The position numbers and the translations under genes are program-made. From Candidatus Saccharimonas aalborgensis (GTDB taxonomy: Bacteria > Patescibacteriota > Saccharimonadia > Saccharimonadales > Saccharimonadaceae), in the NCBI RefSeq assembly GCF_000392435.1, contig NC_021219.1, positions 780,001 to 812,000 on the forward strand: DNA of 32,000 nt. The letters run 5' to 3'. Position 1 is the stretch's first letter, and every line of letters starts with the position of its first letter. This document shows positions 16,956-24,713 of this stretch, piece by piece. The notes beneath the pieces were generated by a model, which had not been told where the DNA came from, did not search any database, and saw only the letters and a list, made by a program, of their open reading frames with translations.

Positions 16956-17942
16956 TTCTCGTACTAACTCAAAACCTTTGCAACATCCATCGGCCGTCTG
17001 CACTGGATACCTAAATGGTAGCGCTTTGTATTGTAGAAGTCCAGGTACGCCGTCAGGCGTGCCTGGATAGTGTCTTCATTCGGCCATCTTCCGAGGCACT
17101 CATCTTGCAATGTGCGGTTAAACCGCTCAATGTGGGCGTTGTCGTTCTTGCGGCCGAGACGGATGCGCCGTTGCTCAATACCGTGTGTATTCAGATAGGC
17201 TTCACAAGCATTGCCGAACTCCTGCCCATTGTCCGTCTGGACGAGCTGCACCTTAAACGGCGCAGCCTTAAGAGCAGAGAGAACAAACTCATTTGTTCTC
17301 TCTGGAGATATCCTCGGGCTATATGCCGCATATGCCCAGCGGCTCTTTAGATCGATGAGAGTATAGACATAGTAGGCTTGTTTTGTCTTCCAGTCTTTGA
17401 AATGGATGGTATCCATTTCAAGGAAGCTGCCGGGGGCTTCTACGCGGGGGCGAGGAGTGCGCCTGTGGTATACTTTGCCCTTGCGGCCATAGAGTGAGGA
17501 GACTTGCTTGTGGCGCGCGAGAATGCGGCCCACACTTGCGAGACTAATGTAGACCCCCTCGCGCTGCAATACACGCCAGATGACTTCAGCGCAGCGCTTT
17601 AGTTCCCAACGAAGCTCAAGCACACGCCGAACTACCGCTTCAGTGAGTTGTTTGGGGTGAGAATGAGGACGCGAAGAGCGGGTGCGAAGCAATTTCACGC
17701 GGTTGGCGGCCTCGGGACGCTGGCACCATCGCCAGATTGTAGAGCGATGGACACCAATGTGTCGAGATACTTTCGCCATACTCCACCCCTCGAAAAGCAC
17801 CAAGTTCACGGCGTTCCGCCGTGTCCTTGGAAGATAAATGTTGCTAGAATAGGCCATACAGGCCTCCTTTCTTGGTTTAGTTTGCACTTACCAGTATACG
17901 GAGGTCTGTTTTTGTTGCGAAGGTAGTGAGGGATTACGGAAA
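16956..17942 (-). mobile_element. IS481-like insertion sequence (single DDE/rve transposase, about 0.99 kb)
   Basis: Imperfect terminal inverted repeats at 16956-16984 and 17914-17942 match at 21 of 29 positions, and 10 of 11 over ACCTTTGCAAC versus GTTGCGAAGGT. The transposase stop lies inside one repeat. An internal promoter TTCGCA-17-TATACT sits at 17893-17921. Outer boundaries are uncertain and no clear target-site duplication was seen. Confidence 0.7.
16964..17857 (-). CDS. IS481-family/IS3-superfamily DDE transposase (rve integrase core)
   Basis: N-terminal HTH (VSRHIGVHRSTIWRWCQR). DDE core strings FLEMDTIHF, LVQTDNGQEF and NAHIERFNRTLQDE. The ATG at 17857 has AAGGAGG 5 nt upstream; the track start at 17887 is less likely. 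Confidence 0.8.
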   Translation of the reverse strand: MAYSSNIYLPRTRRNAVNLVLFEGWSMAKVSRHIGVHRSTIWRWCQRPEAANRVKLLRTRSSRPHSHPKQLTEAVVRRVLELRWELKRCAEVIWRVLQREGVYISLASVGRILARHKQVSSLYGRKGKVYHRRTPRPRVEAPGSFLEMDTIHFKDWKTKQAYYVYTLIDLKSRWAYAAYSPRISPERTNEFVLSALKAAPFKVQLVQTDNGQEFGNACEAYLNTHGIEQRRIRLGRKNDNAHIERFNRTLQDECLGRWPNEDTIQARLTAYLDFYNTKRYHLGIQCRRPMDVAKVLS

Positions 17943-17944
17943 TA

Positions 17945-17973
17945 TTGACTTTATTGAAATAATATGATAATAT
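17945..17973 (+). promoter_or_regulatory. near-consensus sigma70-type promoter (TTGACT-17-TAATAT with a TG extension)
   Basis: TTGACT at 17945-17950, a 17-nt spacer, TAATAT at 17968-17973, and TG at 17965-17966. It starts 3 nt outside the IS inverted repeat. Confidence 0.6.
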
Positions 17974-17982
17974 AATTATGTT

Positions 17983-18135
17983 ATGAAACAACATCAACAC
18001 ACTTCCTTAACAAAACAAGTAATTGCGACAAGCGACCCTCTATACGGAGATTTTAGGACGGCGACGCTCATCGTGTCTCTCCTGGTCAACCTCACCTTGT
18101 TTGTGGGTTGGTTGGCAATCCGTCTTCAGAGCTAG
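17983..18135 (+). CDS. small single-pass membrane protein (50 aa), near-leaderless
   Basis: The ATG lies 9 nt after the -10 hexamer. Translation: MKQHQHTSLTKQVIATSDPLYGDFRTATLIVSLLVNLTLFVGWLAIRLQS, with one clear TM helix. It is below the 60-aa ORF-track cutoff. Confidence 0.4.
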   Translation: MKQHQHTSLTKQVIATSDPLYGDFRTATLIVSLLVNLTLFVGWLAIRLQS

Positions 18136-18223
18136 TATGCTTATTTGATGCAAAAAGGGAACGTCAAAATCACTACACGTTCGACATTCGTATCGAGATG
18201 TTCTCCTCTGATATTTTATTGAC

Positions 18224-18245
18224 TTATCCACAAAACTGTGGATAA
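18224..18245. promoter_or_regulatory. two perfect DnaA-box consensus 9-mers in inverted orientation
   Basis: TTATCCACA (18224-18232), AAAC, TGTGGATAA (18237-18245). They overlap a possible promoter, TTGACT (18219-18224)-16-GATAAA. Confidence 0.5.
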
Positions 18246-18282
18246 ACATAACCATCAACTGACAAAATGTCAAAAAATATAC

Positions 18283-18324
18283 TTGCTTGTGGGTAGGAGT
18301 GGGTTGTATGATGAGTCTAGTGGA
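18283..18324 (+). promoter_or_regulatory. putative Pmra promoter with MraZ-box-like GTGGGT direct repeats
   Basis: TTGCTT (18283-18288), an 18-nt spacer, TATGAT (18307-18312). GTGGGT at 18289 and 18299 (10-nt period) lie in the spacer, and GTGGA at 18320 follows. Confidence 0.45.
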
Positions 18325-18425
18325 AAAGCGGGGTAACACCCGGACACATAAACACCACAACAAAAACACACATTAATATCTGCCGTTTTAATCGCTTCGA
18401 GAGGGGCTAACTACGAAGAAACGCT

Positions 18426-18791
18426 ATGGATTATTTCGAACGCAAGCTTGATGACAAGCGTCGGTTGACAATTCCGACGGAGCTTCGTGCGGAATTTGCC
18501 AGCGGTGTCGTGCTTACTCGCGGATTTGGCGACTACCTTCATCTCTACCCACAACTTGTGTGGGACAGGGAAGTTGAACCAGCCTTGGCTGGCGACAACA
18601 TCTTTGATGAAGAGCTCGCTGACCTGAACGTGCGGTTTCGACGCGGTAAAATCAGCCAAGCACTCGACCAAAAACAGGGGCGCGTGGTAATCGAGCAGCA
18701 TTTACTCGACTACGCAAGCATCTCTCGCGACTTGGTAGCAGTGCGTGTCGGGTCGTACTGGCGACTGGGATCACCCGACAAATTGATGTAG
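18426..18791 (+). CDS. mraZ: transcriptional regulator MraZ (short, 121 aa)
   Basis: Two SpoVT/AbrB-like halves: LDDKRRLTIPTELR and LDQKQGRVVIEQHLLDYASI. It sits at the head of the dcw cluster. Confidence 0.8.
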   Translation: MDYFERKLDDKRRLTIPTELRAEFASGVVLTRGFGDYLHLYPQLVWDREVEPALAGDNIFDEELADLNVRFRRGKISQALDQKQGRVVIEQHLLDYASISRDLVAVRVGSYWRLGSPDKLM

Positions 18792-19129
18792 TTTATCATC
18801 TGATAGTGTACCGTTCCTTAACAAATAAAATCTGTAAAACGATATCCTCGAGATCGACCTATCTGGTAGTGAGTCAGTGGATGGTTGGCCCACATGAAAA
18901 ATTGCCAAACGTACCTTCCTCTAACACAACACCTCCCAAAAACTCCACCTCACACATAAGTCTCTCACTGCGCATAAATAGGGTATGAGTCCCACTGGGA
19001 TCCCCTCGGCTTGCGCTGACTCACTTATACACAAAAACAAACACACCATGCGAAAACAAACATGGCTCATTATCAGTTAGGTGATCTCGAACGGTTCTAC
19101 GCTGCCACCCTGTGGTATAGTAGGGTCGT

Positions 19130-20020
19130 ATGAGTATCAAAGAACATCCACCACTTCATGTTCCAGTATTGCTCAACGATGTCTTGGCGCAACTGCAGCC
19201 CCAATCAGGCGAGAATTATCTCGATCTGACGGCGGGGTACGGCGGTCACGCACGGGCCATCCTTGAACGTACTGCAAACTATGCAGACTCTTGTCTTGTT
19301 GATAGAGACGAATATGCTCACGGGCATCTCGGCGATATAGCGAGCAAAGGAGCGACGCTCATGCGTGACGATTTCGTGTCAGCTGCCAAACAGCTGGTGC
19401 GCAACGGTCAGCAGTTTAGTTTGATTCTACTTGATCTGGGGGTGTCGTCACCACAGCTCGATAATGCCGAGCGAGGATTTTCTTTTACAAAGAGCGGTCC
19501 ACTCGATATGAGGATGGATCGACGAAATGATATGACCGCACGAGATTTGGTCAATACATTGCGTCGAGATGACATCGTCAAACTCTTGATGGAGTACGGT
19601 GAAGAGCCGAAAAGAGTTGCACAGCGATACGCTACGGCGATCGTGAACGCTCGACCGCTAAATACAACAGAAGAGCTCGCAGAAGCGATCAAGCACGCTC
19701 ATGTCGGTAAGTGGCAAAAAACCCACCCAGCGACACGCACCTTTCAGGCCTTTCGCATTGCGATTAACGACGAGATCCGCCAGGTGAGTGAAGTGATGCC
19801 GCTAGTCCCAAAACTCCTCAAAAAGGGAGGTAGGGTAGCAATCATCAGCTTTCACAGCCTGGAGGACCGAGTCGTGAAACGGTATTTGCAGGAACAAGAG
19901 CGCGCTGGCTACGAAGCCCAGCTGCACCTCGTTACAAAAAAAGCCATCGCAGGCGATACCAACGATGTTCACAACCCGCGATCACGTAGCGCAAAGCTGC
20001 GCGTCGCAGTGAAACCATAA
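19130..20020 (+). CDS. rsmH: 16S rRNA (cytosine1402-N4)-methyltransferase
   Basis: HVPVLLNDVL, DLTAGYGGHA, LLDLGVSSPQLD and ISFHSLEDRVVK are canonical RsmH/MraW strings. Confidence 0.92.
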   Translation: MSIKEHPPLHVPVLLNDVLAQLQPQSGENYLDLTAGYGGHARAILERTANYADSCLVDRDEYAHGHLGDIASKGATLMRDDFVSAAKQLVRNGQQFSLILLDLGVSSPQLDNAERGFSFTKSGPLDMRMDRRNDMTARDLVNTLRRDDIVKLLMEYGEEPKRVAQRYATAIVNARPLNTTEELAEAIKHAHVGKWQKTHPATRTFQAFRIAINDEIRQVSEVMPLVPKLLKKGGRVAIISFHSLEDRVVKRYLQEQERAGYEAQLHLVTKKAIAGDTNDVHNPRSRSAKLRVAVKP

Positions 20021-20246
20021 AAACAAACAGAAAGGGGGGAACCAGGCTATGCCAGTTCACATCCCGGTACAATATCAGGATCAAGAAGCTCAGGTTGACG
20101 TTCGCGTCAAATAAAACCCTATTTGGATACGAGCTCATTATCCACCACTTATGAAGGGTCTGCCCGAACACTTATGCGAGTGAACGGGCAGCTACCCCTC
20201 AGGTAGACAAACAAAACAAATATAATCCCAAAAATTATTCACCACC

Positions 20247-20597
20247 ATGTCATATACACGCACCGTACAATTTAATAGCAGGCGCCAAAGTAACTGGGGA
20301 CGCAACCAAAATACTGTTGCTTTTGCCTCTGCTGTAAAACTTGGTCCTGTCACTCACACTGTTTTGATTGCTCTGATGATCACAGTGCTTGGCCTAATCT
20401 ATCTAACGCAAGCGACTCGAGCGTCAGGCTACGATTATGCCGTCAGCGCTGTTGAAGATAAGATAGCGACGCTCGCTGACCAAAAGAAAGACCTTGAAGT
20501 TGACAATGCACGACTCACAGCCCTCAAAGAAGTGCAAAATAGTAGCGTTGCAAAAGCGATGACTACTCCAACTGATATACAACATGTAAGTCAGTAG
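20247..20597 (+). CDS. ftsL: FtsL-like cell-division protein
   Basis: 116 aa, one TM helix (VTHTVLIALMITVLGLIYL) followed by a coiled-coil-like segment. It lies between rsmH and ftsI. Confidence 0.55.
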   Translation: MSYTRTVQFNSRRQSNWGRNQNTVAFASAVKLGPVTHTVLIALMITVLGLIYLTQATRASGYDYAVSAVEDKIATLADQKKDLEVDNARLTALKEVQNSSVAKAMTTPTDIQHVSQ

Positions 20598-20600
20598 CCT

Positions 20601-22349
20601 ATGCCATTTTCTTTCCCTATCACAAAAAGTCGAACCTCGATCCTGTCTGCCATCGTACTTGGGTTGATGGCACTTTTTGTGATACGACTCTTTTATATTC
20701 AGGTCATCAGACACGACTATTATGTCGAACAGGCAGCGGGTGAACAAATAAAGCAATTTACGTTGCATGCCAAACGAGGTGAGATATATACGCTTGATAA
20801 CGGTTCGCCAACGAAACTCGTTATGAATGAGACGGTGTATACAGTGTGGGCTGACCCGACAAAAGTGGAGGATCGTGCAAAAGTTGTTGATTCACTCAAC
20901 CGCATTGCTGGCGGTACTGTCCGAAAAGATTTTGCTCAATACCTTGCTCGTACCACAACACGTTATCAGGTTTTGGCGACGAAAGTGACACGAAAACAGG
21001 CAGAACTTTTGAAAAAAGAGAATCTTGCCGGGATCGGCTTTGATGCCGTCTCGCAGCGAGTTTACCCTGAGGGCCAGTTGGCAAGTCAAGTCGTGGGATA
21101 TGTTGATGCCGATGGTGATGGCAAGTACGGAATAGAACAAGCAAATGACACGACACTCAAAGGAAAAAACGGCTTACTCAAGACCGTGACAGATGTACGC
21201 TCTGTGCCGCTGACCATTGGCGATGCAAATGTCAATGTGCCGGCAAAAGATGGTGATAATCTCGTGTTGACAATCGATAGAAATGTCCAAGCCGAGACGG
21301 AAAAAGCCCTGGCTGATGGTCTCAAACGAACAGGTGCCACCAATGCGAGTGCAATCGTGATGGATCCTCGCAGTGGGCGAGTGCTTGCAATGGCAAGTTT
21401 ACCGACCTATGACCCTTCTCAGCTTGATACGGTAACAGACATCTCGACACTCAACAACAATACTATCAGCAACCCCTATGAGCCGGGTTCTGACATAAAA
21501 ATTTTTACGGTTGCAACCGGTATCGACAAGGCAGTTATTACCCCCGAATCGACCTATAACAACACTGATTATATTACTGTTGACGACAGTGTCATCACCA
21601 ATGCGAGTAAGGGTCAAACAGGGACCATCACCATGCAACACGCGCTGAACTGGTCGCTTAATACTGGAACAGTAACAATCGCTCAACGTCTTGGTGATGG
21701 AAACAATATCAACTATCAAGCACGCAGGGCAATGTATGATTATTTTTATGGACGCTTCAGGATGGGGCAGACTACTGGTATCGAGTTAGCTAACGAACAG
21801 GCGGGAACGATCATCCCACCAGACGACGCACAGGGTAATGCTGTAAGATACTCAAATATGTCATTTGGGCAGGGAATGGATGTCACGATGCTACAGGTTG
21901 CTAGCGGGTTCTGTGCCGTGATCAATGGAGGCACCTACTACACACCGTCGATCATCGCCGGCAAAGTTGACGCCAATGGTTCGTATATCCCGGCAGCTCC
22001 AAAGTCCCGCTACGGCGGTGTCATCACTCCTGCATCGTCTGATACGATGAGGGATATGGTATATAAGGCGCGACAAGCGTTTTATGCCGGTCATGACAAA
22101 CAGGGATTTTATATTGGTGGCAAAACCGGTACTTCTCAGACAATCGAGAATGGAAAGTACGTATTCAATCAGACAATTGGCACCTATCTCGGCTTTGGTG
22201 GAGAGAAGGGTGAAGTTCCCAGGTACGTAATCATGGTAGAGGTATCAGGAAAAGGCATGAACTTGTCTGGTGGCACGCATGCACTACCAATTTTTACCGA
22301 TATTTCAAACTGGATGATTGACTACTTGAAGCTACAGCCGAAAGGATAG
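20601..22349 (+). CDS. ftsI: penicillin-binding protein (class B transpeptidase, FtsI/PBP2-like)
   Basis: N-terminal TM helix. SxxK as PGSDIK, SxN as SLN, and KTG as GGKTGTS. Confidence 0.85.
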   Translation: MPFSFPITKSRTSILSAIVLGLMALFVIRLFYIQVIRHDYYVEQAAGEQIKQFTLHAKRGEIYTLDNGSPTKLVMNETVYTVWADPTKVEDRAKVVDSLNRIAGGTVRKDFAQYLARTTTRYQVLATKVTRKQAELLKKENLAGIGFDAVSQRVYPEGQLASQVVGYVDADGDGKYGIEQANDTTLKGKNGLLKTVTDVRSVPLTIGDANVNVPAKDGDNLVLTIDRNVQAETEKALADGLKRTGATNASAIVMDPRSGRVLAMASLPTYDPSQLDTVTDISTLNNNTISNPYEPGSDIKIFTVATGIDKAVITPESTYNNTDYITVDDSVITNASKGQTGTITMQHALNWSLNTGTVTIAQRLGDGNNINYQARRAMYDYFYGRFRMGQTTGIELANEQAGTIIPPDDAQGNAVRYSNMSFGQGMDVTMLQVASGFCAVINGGTYYTPSIIAGKVDANGSYIPAAPKSRYGGVITPASSDTMRDMVYKARQAFYAGHDKQGFYIGGKTGTSQTIENGKYVFNQTIGTYLGFGGEKGEVPRYVIMVEVSGKGMNLSGGTHALPIFTDISNWMIDYLKLQPKG

Positions 22350-22360
22350 ATAATAGAGAG

Positions 22361-23389
22361 ATGACCGCACCACTATTTACCCACGAAATGAACGACACGC
22401 TCATGCTGAGTATTGGAGCATTTCTGCTCGCTATGACGCTGACGCCGATCTATACCTATTTTGCTTACCGCTATAAGTTCTGGAAACAGCAGCGCACGAC
22501 CAGTGCGACGGGTGAATTGCTCCAAGTCTTTACGAAGCTCCACGCAAAGAAGTTTACACGCATCATACCGACAATGGCGGGTATCGTTGGCGTGGTAACA
22601 ATCACCGTTATCACGTATTTTTTCAATTTTAATCGTGCCGAAACCTGGCTACCACTTGCTGCGCTTGTCGGCGGTGGGGCAGTGGGGCTGCTGGACGATA
22701 TTATCAATATTCGCGGTCAGGGCAGCGGTGTGGCCGGATTGCGTTCGAGCATTAAGTTTGCGATGATCACGCTCGTCGCAGTCGTCTTGGGTTGGTATTT
22801 TTATAGTCGGCTCGGCTATACGACAGTACATATACCATATATTGGAGATTGGTTCCTGGGTATATGGATTGTGCCGTTGTTTGTATTTGCGGTAGTGGCG
22901 GCCGGAAATGCGGTTAATATCAGTGACGGGCTCGATGGCCTGGCCGGGGGGTTGCTGACGACGAGCTTTACGGTGTTTGGTATGATCGCACTGTTGCAAG
23001 GGCACTACCACATCGCCGGCTTTTGTTTTACGGTAACGGGCGCGCTTCTAAGCTACCTATGGTTTAATATTTATCCGGCGCGGTTTTTTATGGGAGATGT
23101 CGGGAGTTTTGCCTATGGTGCCTCGCTCGGGGTTATCGCCATGTTGACAAACACGCTCTTTTTGCTGCCAATCATCGGTGCAGTATTTGTGATCGAGGCT
23201 GGCTCAAGCTTGGTGCAAATTGTTAGCAAGCGATTGTTCGGACGGAAACTATTTATTTCTGCACCGATCCATCATCACCTGGAAGCGATTGGTTGGCCCG
23301 AAGTGAAAGTAACGATGCGATTTTGGGTAATCAGCTGCACGATGGGACTCATCGGGTTGCTTATGGCGATGACGGGGGGACATATCTAG
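22361..23389 (+). CDS. mraY: phospho-N-acetylmuramoyl-pentapeptide transferase
   Basis: NAVNISDGLDGLAGG, FMGDVGSF and APIHHHLE are present in a polytopic membrane protein. Confidence 0.92.
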   Translation: MTAPLFTHEMNDTLMLSIGAFLLAMTLTPIYTYFAYRYKFWKQQRTTSATGELLQVFTKLHAKKFTRIIPTMAGIVGVVTITVITYFFNFNRAETWLPLAALVGGGAVGLLDDIINIRGQGSGVAGLRSSIKFAMITLVAVVLGWYFYSRLGYTTVHIPYIGDWFLGIWIVPLFVFAVVAAGNAVNISDGLDGLAGGLLTTSFTVFGMIALLQGHYHIAGFCFTVTGALLSYLWFNIYPARFFMGDVGSFAYGASLGVIAMLTNTLFLLPIIGAVFVIEAGSSLVQIVSKRLFGRKLFISAPIHHHLEAIGWPEVKVTMRFWVISCTMGLIGLLMAMTGGHI

Positions 23390-23390
23390 G

Positions 23391-24713
23391 GTGGAACAGC
23401 TAAGACGGCGCGTCGTATCTGATGGTACGAGACTACGAGACTCTATAGCGCAGCGGCGTCATCGCCCTGATTATCAGATCGTTCTCTATGTAGGGCTCTT
23501 AATGTTATTGGGACTGGTAATTATGTATGCGATAGGACCGCAACGCGCAAATGTACTTAATCAAGCATATGGCACCGACACCTACACCGCGACTTACTTC
23601 GTTGTAAAACAAGCAGTAAGCTTGTTGCTTGCAGGAGTCGCATTTACCGTTATGGCATCACTGCCATTTGGGCTCGTAAAAAAACACGCTTCAACGTTAT
23701 TGCTTATCGGACTAGGACTCTGTGTAATCCTATTTGTCACTGGCAATCTACTACATATTAGCAGCATTGCTCAGTGTTCACTTGGTGCCTGTCGATGGTT
23801 TGAGTTTGGGTCGCTCGGCAGTTTTCAACCGGCTGAGTTTCTGAAGTTTGGTCTCCTCATGTATATGGCGGTTTTTTTGGGTATTCGCATCAATCAAGGT
23901 AAGTTGAATGATTTGACTTCGACTATTTACCCCATGCTGGCAGTAACACTGCTTGGACTATTTTTTGTCGTCATTGTGCAAAAAGATTTGGGGACAGGTG
24001 TAGCCTTGGCATCGATTGCTTTTTCGATTCTTCTCGTGAGTGGGATAAGCACCCGTATCATGCTAAAAATCGTTCTGGGAGCACTTGCTGTCGGTATTTT
24101 GGCAATCGTCATCGCACCGCATCGAATTGAACGTGTGACCACGTTTTTGCAAGGTGAGAGTGCAGTTACGGGCAGTTCATCAAATGATGACGCAAACTAT
24201 CACATAAAAAACGCCATGATTGCGCTTGGCACCGGCGGTATATTTGGACTGGGCATAGGAAACAGCGTGCAGGCGACGGGCTATCTGCCTGAGGCGATCA
24301 ACGACTCAGTGTTTGCCATTTTGGGCGAAATATTCGGGTTTGTTGGCGTTGTGGCGATATTGCTAGCATTCGGCGCTTTACTAATACGGCTACTTCATAT
24401 TATTGATCACTCCTCAGATATTACGATGAAACTCGCTGTTGCTGGTATATGGGGATGGCTGGCGTCGCATATTGTATTGAATGTTGCCTCGATGGTAGGG
24501 ATTTTCCCACTGACCGGTATCACGCTGCCTCTTCTCAGCTTTGGTGGTACAAGTATGTTATTTATCGCAGGGGCGCTAGGAATGGCATTTCAGATTTCGC
24601 GTTACACGCTTCACCAACTTAGCCCAGTAAAGGAGACCAATGGCAATGAGACTACTTTGCGCCGGCGGGGGATCGGGGGGTCACGTTACTCCGGTCGTCG
24701 TCGTTATCAATGA
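23391..24713 (+). CDS. ftsW: SEDS-family peptidoglycan glycosyltransferase (FtsW/RodA)
   Basis: GTG start 1 nt after the mraY stop. Polytopic, with SEDS strings LQPAEFLKF, DLGTGV and LPLLSFGGTSML. The basic C-terminal tail overlaps murG. Confidence 0.85.
   Translation: MEQLRRRVVSDGTRLRDSIAQRRHRPDYQIVLYVGLLMLLGLVIMYAIGPQRANVLNQAYGTDTYTATYFVVKQAVSLLLAGVAFTVMASLPFGLVKKHASTLLLIGLGLCVILFVTGNLLHISSIAQCSLGACRWFEFGSLGSFQPAEFLKFGLLMYMAVFLGIRINQGKLNDLTSTIYPMLAVTLLGLFFVVIVQKDLGTGVALASIAFSILLVSGISTRIMLKIVLGALAVGILAIVIAPHRIERVTTFLQGESAVTGSSSNDDANYHIKNAMIALGTGGIFGLGIGNSVQATGYLPEAINDSVFAILGEIFGFVGVVAILLAFGALLIRLLHIIDHSSDITMKLAVAGIWGWLASHIVLNVASMVGIFPLTGITLPLLSFGGTSMLFIAGALGMAFQISRYTLHQLSPVKETNGNETTLRRRGIGGSRYSGRRRYQ

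Noticed and set aside
18040-18369. 109-aa minus-strand ORF upstream of mraZ
   Set aside because: It runs antisense through the promoter and operator region and the 50-aa ORF. It has no SD, and it carries Cys-rich and basic stretches typical of spurious frames.
18308-18376. 22-aa basic, His-rich micro-ORF (MMSLVEKRGNTRTHKHHNKNTH) with AGGAG 7 nt upstream
   Set aside because: It overlaps the proposed -10 and MraZ-box region. Its composition simply mirrors the CA-rich tract. It cannot be distinguished from chance without expression data.
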